Source: Halomicronema hongdechloris C2206 (lineage in GTDB: Bacteria; Cyanobacteriota; Cyanobacteriia; Phormidesmidales; Phormidesmidaceae). Taken from it: a stretch of DNA of 32,000 bases. Position 1 is the first letter of the stretch, and each line of letters opens with the position of its first letter. Positions 1 through 7,091 of this stretch are shown here, one piece after another. The notes under the pieces were generated by a model that was given only the letters and a program-made list of their open reading frames with translations, did no database searches and was not told where the DNA came from. The translations under genes were made by a program, and so were the position numbers. The stretch is from the NCBI RefSeq assembly GCF_002075285.3, contig NZ_CP021983.2:630001-662000 (forward strand). Reading direction: 5' to 3'.

Positions 1-1941
1 AGCCAGCTGGGGCGCAATTTCAAGGGTTAACTGTTGCTGACGACTGCTGGCCCTGGCCTGAAACCCATTGACGACCTCAGGAAGCCAGACGGTGAGATCT
101 AAGGGGCGAGGATTAATGGGATGGTTGCCCACATCTAGTCGCTGTAGATCGAGGAGGTCATTAATCAGACTGATTTCTCGCTCGCATTCTTCCTGCAGAA
201 TCTGAAAGTAACGGGCTACCCGCGATTGTTCTAGTTTGGGCTTCGCCAGATCAGCCTTGAGCCCCAATTCGTGATCCAGGGTGACCCCTAACAACTGCAA
301 GGCCACCCGCATACTGGTCACTGGGGTCCGCAATTCATGGGAAACGGTGCTGAGAAAGTCATCTTTTAGCTGGTTCAAATGCTCTAATTCGGCGACTTGA
401 GACTGGGCTGCCTGAAAGAGACGGGCCTGACGAATGGCGATGGCGCATTGGTTAGAGACCTGCTGCACCAGGCGAATTTCCATTTCTTCAAAGACATAGT
501 CTTTAGCGTTAATCAACCAGAGATCTCCGAGGACGCCGCGGTCATCTAAAACAGGACAAGCCAGCATGGCCACGTGACCCCGGACCGGATTGGGATCTTT
601 GGAACAAAACTGAAAACACAATCCCTCTAAAAGCTGGTGATAAATTTCTGGAAAGGCTTCCATTTGAGACACCCGTCCCCGGGAAGACGCCAGGGAGGTA
701 TTGTACTCGTAGTAAATAGTCGATGTCCCCTGTTCTAGGTCATAGAGGGCTGTATTTGACCCTTTCACCCCCAGGGCCTGGGTCAGTTCTTTAACGGCGG
801 TCTGGAGAATTTGTTTTTCATCGAGACTGTCCCGCACCCGGTCAGTCATCCGCTTCAAGGTGGCTTCAAAGTCCAGGGCGGTTTGGAGCTGGGTGGTGCG
901 ATGTTCTACTTGGCGTTCTAAGGCCGTGTTTAGCTCCTGGATCTGATAGTGCAGTTTCATCTGGCGGATGGCACTGCCCACCCGGGTAGTCACTTCCTGT
1001 AGGGCCTCGATTTCCCAGGTATGCCAGGGGCGAACCTGGCTACAGTGGTGTACCCAGAGAAGCCCGCAGAGACTCTCATCTTGGGCAATGGGGAGCACTA
1101 ATAAGCTTTTAATTTGGTATTGGCTAATCAGGGGGCGATAGTCTGCTGCCAGGTTAACGGTAGTCACATCGTCTATGATCCAGGGTTTACCCTGATGGCA
1201 TCCCTCCCAGTCCCTGGCCAGAGAGGCTAACCGGGTTAGGGATTGAGTCGCCAGAGGAGGTACTGACGCCCCAACGGACTCAGCCAAAATCCCGGGGTTA
1301 CTAGCACTGCAGCTGTAGAAGATGACCCGGTCAGTCTGTAGAAAGTGCCGAACTTCAGCTACTGTGGCATTTAACAGTTGTTCGGGACTGGGAGATTGTA
1401 ATAGGTGTTGTGCGATCGCACTTAGCAAGCGCTCTCGCTCCGCTTGGCGCTTCAGGGTCAAATCGGCTTGTTTTGCCTGGGTAATATCCCGCATGGTGCC
1501 CACCAACCGGGGATATCCCTCAGGATCGTGAAACAGCGTCAGTTTAGTCGAGACGATGTGGATTTGGTTGTGAGCATCGGTGATGGTTGCTTCCTGTTCG
1601 TATTCGAGTCCTGTCGTCAAGACATAGCGATCGGCCAAGTAGAACAGATCGGCCTCAGGCGGGGAGAAAATGTCATGTTCTGAACGCCCCAGCAAGGCTT
1701 CTCGAGGATGACCAACCAACTGACAATAGGCATCATTAACCATCAACCAGCAATGCTGCTCATCCTTGACGAACACAGGATCGGCTAAGGCATTTAGAAT
1801 ACGGTCTACATTCATCTGTGGATCCACTAGACTCCCGCCTATTACTGATGACGGCCCAGATGACGGCCTAGACTCCACTGGTCGATGCTCGATCTCTGAT
1901 GGCGTATTTGTAGGTGAACGCCAGGGCTGATGTTGAGTCAT
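1..1941 (-). CDS. Sensor histidine kinase, PAS-GAF-GAF-HisKA. The C-terminal part runs off the window start, so the ATPase domain is not in the window.
   Basis: This ORF is missing from the supplied track because it is open to the window edge. My translation of the minus strand from the ATG at 1941..1939 is uninterrupted to base 1 (647 codons, MTQHQPWRS...). It has a PAS-like segment (DPVFVKDEQHCWLMVNDAYCQLVGHPREALLGRSEHDIF), two GAF-like segments and the H-box FLSTVSHELRTPVTSM. An in-frame stop lies upstream at 2005..2007 and there is no earlier start codon. Confidence 0.85.
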   Translation of the reverse strand, partial: MTQHQPWRSPTNTPSEIEHRPVESRPSSGPSSVIGGSLVDPQMNVDRILNALADPVFVKDEQHCWLMVNDAYCQLVGHPREALLGRSEHDIFSPPEADLFYLADRYVLTTGLEYEQEATITDAHNQIHIVSTKLTLFHDPEGYPRLVGTMRDITQAKQADLTLKRQAERERLLSAIAQHLLQSPSPEQLLNATVAEVRHFLQTDRVIFYSCSASNPGILAESVGASVPPLATQSLTRLASLARDWEGCHQGKPWIIDDVTTVNLAADYRPLISQYQIKSLLVLPIAQDESLCGLLWVHHCSQVRPWHTWEIEALQEVTTRVGSAIRQMKLHYQIQELNTALERQVEHRTTQLQTALDFEATLKRMTDRVRDSLDEKQILQTAVKELTQALGVKGSNTALYDLEQGTSTIYYEYNTSLASSRGRVSQMEAFPEIYHQLLEGLCFQFCSKDPNPVRGHVAMLACPVLDDRGVLGDLWLINAKDYVFEEMEIRLVQQVSNQCAIAIRQARLFQAAQSQVAELEHLNQLKDDFLSTVSHELRTPVTSMRVALQLLGVTLDHELGLKADLAKPKLEQSRVARYFQILQEECEREISLINDLLDLQRLDVGNHPINPRPLDLTVWLPEVVNGFQARASSRQQQLTLEIAPQLA

Positions 1942-2244
1942 AGGACATTGCCACAGGTTGCCAAAGTTAACAGGGTCTGCATGGCCATTGCTTACGTCTA
2001 TTCCCTAGTTCAGAGAATTGGGCACCATCCCTGGCCCAGCCTGCCTCACTGCAACTAATTTCAGCGTAGGTCTTGCGGTCACGGGGACTCAGCTGCGGCA
2101 CTAGACCAGATGCTCACCCTAACTATCTTGTCTTGATCTACTATTCCCAGCCTGCGGTGGGAACGCGCAGATATTGCTAGGCCAATGCTAAATCTTTATG
2201 ATTCCCTGATAGATATCATGGTGGCTCCAGTGGCCACTAGAGAT

Positions 2245-3144
2245 TCATGGCTCTCGCCATGCCTGCAGCTGTAGGTATACCAATCCTATAGCTATTAAGA
2301 GTAGTACTGTGGCCACAGCGGCGGCATAGCCGAAGTCGAACTGGGAGAAGGCTTGTTCGTAGGTGTAATAGACCAGAATATTGGTGGAGTTAAGCGGTCC
2401 TCCCCCAGTCATCACATACACCTGTTCGAAGCTGCGCAGGGTAAAGATAACGGTAGTCACCGTGGCAAACAGTAGAGTAGGGCGCAGCCCAGGCAGGGTA
2501 ATGTGCCAAAACGCCTGCCAGGGGCCAGCACCATCCAGTTCTGCCGCTTCATAGCGACTCCGGGGAATGGCCTGTAATCCTGCTAAAAACACCACCAAAT
2601 TGAAGCCTAGCTGTTTCCAACTGCTTAGAAGAATGAGTACCGGCATGGCCCAGAGAGGGCTATTGAGCCAGGGGACAGGGTCTACCCCCCAGGTTATGAG
2701 CAGATGATTAATGGGGCCATCATTCTGGAACAACCAGCGAAAGCCCAGACCTACGGCCACCAAAGACGTCACCGAAGGAATGAAGTAGGCGGTCCGCAGT
2801 AGACCGCGTAGGATAACTGTCTGATTCAAGATGACAGCTAACCCTAGGGGCACCCCAAGACTGGGGATGACTGTGGCTACGGTGAAGTAGAGGGTATTAC
2901 CAAGAACTTGCCAGACATCGGGATCTAAGATTAATCGCCGGTAATTGTTGAGCCCATGCCACTGCAGCCCGGCTCGGGTAAAACTGCCGGTCGTAAAACT
3001 GAGGAACACCAAATAGGCAATGGGCCAGACGACGAAGATTGCCAGTAATATCAGGGCCGGAGCTAAGAGCGCCCACGCGGTGATGGCTCCAGCAGAAAGC
3101 CGGGCTGCGACCATTGCATCTTCCTGGCGCTCTTCCTGAGTCAT
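2245..3144 (-). CDS. Carbohydrate ABC transporter permease (MalF/UgpA-type membrane component)
   Basis: The track ORF is 2245..3150. The protein is polytopic and hydrophobic, with the EAA loop YEAAELDGAGPWQAFWHITLPGLRP. I prefer the ATG at 3144 because GGGAGGGA lies 7 nt upstream on the minus strand; the TTG at 3150 is the track start. Confidence 0.85.
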   Translation of the reverse strand: MTQEERQEDAMVAARLSAGAITAWALLAPALILLAIFVVWPIAYLVFLSFTTGSFTRAGLQWHGLNNYRRLILDPDVWQVLGNTLYFTVATVIPSLGVPLGLAVILNQTVILRGLLRTAYFIPSVTSLVAVGLGFRWLFQNDGPINHLLITWGVDPVPWLNSPLWAMPVLILLSSWKQLGFNLVVFLAGLQAIPRSRYEAAELDGAGPWQAFWHITLPGLRPTLLFATVTTVIFTLRSFEQVYVMTGGGPLNSTNILVYYTYEQAFSQFDFGYAAAVATVLLLIAIGLVYLQLQAWREP

Positions 3145-3195
3145 GACCAAATCCCTCCCGTAATGCCATCATGATAGGCTGCTCCCGCTACCGTC

Positions 3196-3228
3196 AAAAA
3201 AAAGGGCCAGGGGCCGCAGCCACCTGGC
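3196..3228 (-). terminator. Terminator-like hairpin plus U8 inside the permease 5' leader (possible attenuator or end of a short leader RNA)
   Basis: On the minus strand the sequence reads GCCAGG(3228-3223)-11 nt loop-CCUGGC(3211-3206)-CC-UUUUUUUU(3203-3196). It lies 52 nt upstream of the ATG at 3144. The stem is only 6 bp, so the call is tentative. Confidence 0.3.
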
Positions 3229-3300
3229 ACCGATGGGATTGAGAGGAGAACACCAGGCAATGTCGGCGCTAAAGCCCGCCTTGGGGTCCAACTGACAGCC

Positions 3301-3328
3301 AGTATAGCTTGTTGAGATTTATTGTCAA
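3301..3328 (-). promoter_or_regulatory. Near-consensus sigma70-type promoter reading toward the permease
   Basis: On the minus strand: TTGACA (3328-3323), a 16-nt spacer, then TATACT (3306-3301). The predicted transcription start is about 3293-3295, giving a leader of about 150 nt. Confidence 0.4.
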
Positions 3329-3351
3329 CATAATTGCAATAATTTCTCAGC

Positions 3352-3377
3352 GAAGCTGTCTCCAGAAGCTGTCTCCA
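3352..3377. repeat. Perfect tandem direct repeat, 2 x 13 bp (GAAGCTGTCTCCA)
   Basis: The copies are at 3352-3364 and 3365-3377 and are identical. They begin 23 bp upstream of the -35 hexamer of the minus-strand promoter, which is the usual position for an activator or response-regulator site. Confidence 0.9.
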
Positions 3378-3510
3378 TTAGCCAAATTTCAGGTGCTGTA
3401 GCGTCGGGGTATCTTCGCGGCAATGGTTAATATCAGGGAGCCCAGGCATCCGTGAAGTTTCGCCCCAGTCAGTAGTATATCCGGGTCTGCCCCATCCCAT
3501 CATCAACTCA

Positions 3511-3540
3511 GTTAGGAGGCATTGCGTTAGGAGACATTGC
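3511..3540. repeat. Tandem direct repeat, 2 x 15 bp (GTTAGGAGGCATTGC / GTTAGGAGACATTGC)
   Basis: The copies are at 3511-3525 and 3526-3540 and differ at one position. A TAATAT -10-like hexamer follows immediately at 3541-3546 on the plus strand, about 185 nt upstream of the TPM-domain gene. Confidence 0.9.
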
Positions 3541-3725
3541 TAATATAGCTAGGACTGCACAGCGGCAATTAACCGACCATGGCTCCCTTGCAGCTCTCTC
3601 TTGTGCCTCACTGGACTCTTAGAGTACGATCCGCGGCGAAGCTGGGAAGTCTTTCCCGATTCCCTTAGCTACCAGATTCCCTTATATTTTAAGGAGAGTA
3701 GCGTTGCGACGATGGAGCCACGATC

Positions 3726-4454
3726 ATGGCAATGCCTTTCCATCATCCTTGGCAGTGGTTAAGGATCGTCACGGGTAGCTTGGTTTGGGCTTTGGGGGTG
3801 GCCGGATTGCTATGGGTAGCCTCCCCGGCCTATGCCACTGGAGTCTATCAGATGCCTGATCTCTCCGCTGGAGAGGACACCTGGATCATTGATGACGCCA
3901 ACCAGATCAGCCGTCTGAATGAAGGGAAAATCAGCACTGCGTTGAGCCAGCTGGCCACAGAGACCGGTTATGAAGTGCGCTTAGTCACCCTGCATCGGCT
4001 TGATTACGGCGAAACGGCTCAAACCTTCACGGATGAGTTATTCCAAACCTGGTTCCCGACCCCAGACGAGCAGGCCAATCAAGTGCTTTTGGTGCTAGAC
4101 GACGTCACTAACAGTGCTGGTATTCGGGTCGGAGCTGCCGTTGCAGAAACCCTAACTCCCGACACTGCTACAAGCATTGCCGAGGAAACAGCGATTGTGC
4201 CTCTGTTAGAGGATAATAAATATAATCAGGCGCTGTTAGATGTCGTCGATCGGGTAGTTCCCGTTTTGTCTGGAGAAGCTGACCCTGGTCCCCCAGTATT
4301 CGATGATGCCTATGATGCCGAAGGGACCTTTGCCACGGCTGAAGAGACAGACGCCAACCGTAGCAATGCTATAGTGTGGGTAATTGGCCTATTGATAGCC
4401 GCTACCGTGATTCCCATGGCTACCTACTATCTTTATTTAGCCATTGGCAATTAG
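3726..4454 (+). CDS. TPM-domain protein with signal peptide and C-terminal membrane anchor (Psb32/TLP18.3-like architecture)
   Basis: The N-terminus is signal-peptide-like and ends in ...ASPAYA/TG. A TPM-like core follows (IIDDANQISRLNEGKISTALSQLATETGYEVRLVTLHRLDYGETAQTFTDELF), then an acidic linker and a C-terminal TM helix (AIVWVIGLLIAATVIPMATYYLYL). Confidence 0.75.
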   Translation: MAMPFHHPWQWLRIVTGSLVWALGVAGLLWVASPAYATGVYQMPDLSAGEDTWIIDDANQISRLNEGKISTALSQLATETGYEVRLVTLHRLDYGETAQTFTDELFQTWFPTPDEQANQVLLVLDDVTNSAGIRVGAAVAETLTPDTATSIAEETAIVPLLEDNKYNQALLDVVDRVVPVLSGEADPGPPVFDDAYDAEGTFATAEETDANRSNAIVWVIGLLIAATVIPMATYYLYLAIGN

Positions 4455-4864
4455 TCCTGTACGTAGTCTTGGTTATTGATGAGGGCAATTTCAGCCCTGA
4501 CAAATTCACGGCCTAGGTAGGCGGCATGATCTAAGTAGTGAATTGGACAAGGCATATCAGGATTTTCGAAAATAGCAATGCACAGCTCTTTAGCAGTACG
4601 GCCGGTGTATAGCCGTGTCTCTTGTCGATTGACGCCGCCTCGGGTGGGCAAGGGCTGACCGGTATCGGGATCGCAGGCTAGGCCTTTCTCATTGATGGTA
4701 TTGGTGAAGTGTTTGGCGCAGATGAGGCCCTGATCGCGATCTAAGTAGATCAGGAAGTAACCGCCAGGATCCAGCTTGATAAACCGCTTGGACAGCTTGT
4801 TATCTAAGGCAGTTAAGTCGGCTTCGGTTGGTGGATCAGGGGTTAAATTCGGTGTCATGGGCAT
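4451..4864 (-). CDS. Conserved small protein, DUF4346-like
   Basis: The track ORF is 4451..4915. The start is probably the internal ATG at 4864 (MPMTPNL...). The motifs LDPGGYFLIYLDRD, GRTAKELCIAIFE and LDHAAYLGREFVRAEIAL resemble the DUF4346 family as I remember it, and I have not verified this by search. Confidence 0.55.
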   Translation of the reverse strand: MPMTPNLTPDPPTEADLTALDNKLSKRFIKLDPGGYFLIYLDRDQGLICAKHFTNTINEKGLACDPDTGQPLPTRGGVNRQETRLYTGRTAKELCIAIFENPDMPCPIHYLDHAAYLGREFVRAEIALINNQDYVQD

Positions 4865-4965
4865 CAAGAGACTCCCTTGAACAATCTGATCGATACAGTT
4901 GGCAGCCCGGAGCACACTGGCTTGAGCTGACTCTCGGAGTTCTCTATTTTATCGCGTTGTGCCCT

Positions 4966-6180
4966 CTAGGCGTTATCAGACTGCTTTAAGGGCAAGTCGC
5001 GGTTAATTGCGTCAATTTCCTCGGCTTCCATGGCATTGACTTCCTCGATATAGGTGTTAAGGAGGGTATGTAGCCGTGGTTCATAGAATCGATGCAAGCT
5101 GGTGTTAGGGGTCGCAGGGAACCCCCGTCGTTTTTTATGGCGACCTCCGGCTCCAGGATCAAACCATCTAAGCCCTTGTTCAATGGCCCATTCGATGGGG
5201 CAATAGTAGCAGGCATTGAAGTGAAGATGGTTGTAGTCTTCTAGACAGCCCCAGTAGCGACCATAGAGGCGATCTCCCTTGACCAGGCAGAAGGACATGG
5301 CCAGAGGCATTTGTTGGAGGGCTATAGGGTCACCAGCTTCGTAGGCGGCGAAAAAGACGATGCGATGGCAGTAGTGGGGATATAGTTGCTCAAAAAAGCG
5401 CCGAGTCAGATATTTGCTCCCCCACCAACCAAATTTGTCGCAAGTATCGCTGTAGAAGTCATACATGCGACTGCATAATCGTCGGGTAATGGCATCTCCT
5501 GTGAGGGGAACTAGCTGCAGTCCGGCTTTTTCCACAGACTTACGCTCTCGCTTAATATTGCGGCGCTGATTGGCTCTGAAGGCTCCTAGGTAGTCGTCGA
5601 AGCTCTGATACCCCTGATTTTGCCAGATGTAGCTGTGGTGTAGCCAAGGCAGGTAACCCAAGGATTGCATCACAGAGCGCCATTGCGGATCGACATAGAG
5701 AAAATGACACCCGGAAATCTGGTTGCGATCGCAAAACTCATCAATCGCCTGCACCATAATTTCCGTAATCGTGAATTCATCCTCCCCAGGAGCAATTAGA
5801 AAACGGTAGCCTTCAGCTGGGGTAAAGGGGGCCATGCCCAATAACTTGGGATAGTACCGCACCCCTAGGCGATGGGCCAGATCGGCCCATTGGTAATCGA
5901 AGACAAATTCGCCATAGCTATGGCTTTTGAGATACAGCGGCGCTGCCCCCACCAAGGTGCGATCGCGCCAAACCGTCAGATGATTTGGAAGCCAGCCAGC
6001 ATTTGCTACGGCGCTTCCCGAGCCCTCTAAAGTATGAAGCCAAGTCCATTCGAAAAAAGGTGTTGTCAACGGGAGGGCTAAGGCATCCCACGCAGTCTGG
6101 GGGACCTCATCAATGTGGCGAATCCAGGTGACCGCGTACTGAAGCTGAGGACGACGTGGAGTCATCAGAGCTAGAGACAA
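4966..6180 (-). CDS. GNAT-fold / FemAB-like acyltransferase family protein (PF04339-like)
   Basis: This is a 404-aa ORF. The N-terminal pattern is WDALA...PFFEWTWLHTLEGSGS...GWLPNHL...APLYLKSHSYGEFVFDYQWADLA and the C-terminal pattern is YYCPIEWAIEQGLRWFDPGAGGRHKKRRGF. Both are typical of that family. Confidence 0.7.
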   Translation of the reverse strand: MSLALMTPRRPQLQYAVTWIRHIDEVPQTAWDALALPLTTPFFEWTWLHTLEGSGSAVANAGWLPNHLTVWRDRTLVGAAPLYLKSHSYGEFVFDYQWADLAHRLGVRYYPKLLGMAPFTPAEGYRFLIAPGEDEFTITEIMVQAIDEFCDRNQISGCHFLYVDPQWRSVMQSLGYLPWLHHSYIWQNQGYQSFDDYLGAFRANQRRNIKRERKSVEKAGLQLVPLTGDAITRRLCSRMYDFYSDTCDKFGWWGSKYLTRRFFEQLYPHYCHRIVFFAAYEAGDPIALQQMPLAMSFCLVKGDRLYGRYWGCLEDYNHLHFNACYYCPIEWAIEQGLRWFDPGAGGRHKKRRGFPATPNTSLHRFYEPRLHTLLNTYIEEVNAMEAEEIDAINRDLPLKQSDNA

Positions 6181-6182
6181 AC

Positions 6183-6926
6183 TTAATTATCCTCTAGCCT
6201 ACTGGAATTCTCTGGGGACTGCAGCGACCGTGGTAGCAAGCGATAGTGTAAAAAGACCTCATCGGTCACCGAGCGCACTGATACCAGCTGTAGTCGGGGA
6301 GCAGCCGTCACCAAGAATCCTGAGCCATCGACCAGGGTTGGTGCAGTGTGGCCCCCCAACAGAAGTGGACAAACAGTCACCACCACCTCATGCACCAAAT
6401 CTTCCGCGAGTAAAGCCGCCACCAACGCACCGCCTCCCAGGACAGCTATATTTCTTAGTCCTAGTGACCCTAGCTGAGCCATGATGTGACGCCAGTTTCC
6501 ATCCTGGGCAGCTGGAGCCAGAGGTAAAATGCGCTCAAACTCAGAGCGCTGTTGCCACCTCCTGGCCCCCATTACCGTAGTCAACAGCCAACGAGGAACC
6601 AATTGACGAAAAAATCGACACTGAGGATCAAGATCACCAGAACGCGAGCAAACAATATTAACGGGTTGGGGGAGCTGGCCCCATTGTTGTCGTTGCTGTA
6701 GCAGAGAAGGCTGGCGCACAGTCAACGTTGTGCCATAGGCCCGTAGAGTTGCAGCCCCGAACAAAATTCCATCCATTCTGGCGATATGGGCCTCCAGATG
6801 GGCTAAATCCTGAGCAGAGGAAAATCGCGCTGCCGAGCGTCGGTAGTCAGCGATCTTGCCATCAACACTCATGGCTAAAATCACAGTAGTATAAGGGCTT
6901 AGCAACTGTTCAGAAGAACCCAGCAT
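6183..6926 (-). CDS. RibD C-terminal-domain reductase family protein (dihydrofolate-reductase-like fold)
   Basis: Motifs are ILAMSVDGKIADYR...DLAHLEAHIARMDGILFGAATLRAYG and VLGGGALVAALLAEDLVHEVVVTVCPLLLGG. Only 2 nt separate its stop from the next gene's start. Confidence 0.7.
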   Translation of the reverse strand: MLGSSEQLLSPYTTVILAMSVDGKIADYRRSAARFSSAQDLAHLEAHIARMDGILFGAATLRAYGTTLTVRQPSLLQQRQQWGQLPQPVNIVCSRSGDLDPQCRFFRQLVPRWLLTTVMGARRWQQRSEFERILPLAPAAQDGNWRHIMAQLGSLGLRNIAVLGGGALVAALLAEDLVHEVVVTVCPLLLGGHTAPTLVDGSGFLVTAAPRLQLVSVRSVTDEVFLHYRLLPRSLQSPENSSRLEDN

Positions 6927-7091
6927 GACATCAGAGCAATGGGAGATAATAAGATATATTTTTCATCGAATCTAAGTAGCTTGAGATCATCTATCAGTGA
7001 GAGCCAAGGTTACTCCTGATGCTGTCCTGACAGAGATGTCAGGCCCTAGTGTTGAGGTACAGTTCACCGTTCCCATAGTTGACCATGCTAT

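Noticed and set aside
1322-1683. Plus-strand ORFs 1322-1531 and 1444-1683
   Set aside because: They lie antisense to the uninterrupted 647-codon histidine-kinase frame that runs to the window edge.
3352-3540. Possibility that the tandem repeats mark a CRISPR array or minisatellite
   Set aside because: There are only two abutting copies each, with no spacers, no further repeats and no cas genes. The pattern fits regulatory direct repeats or slippage better.
7027-7044. Hairpin CCTGACA-GAGA-TGTCAGG upstream of the second histidine kinase
   Set aside because: It is short, has no U-tract and has no adjacent convergent gene to terminate. It is probably incidental.
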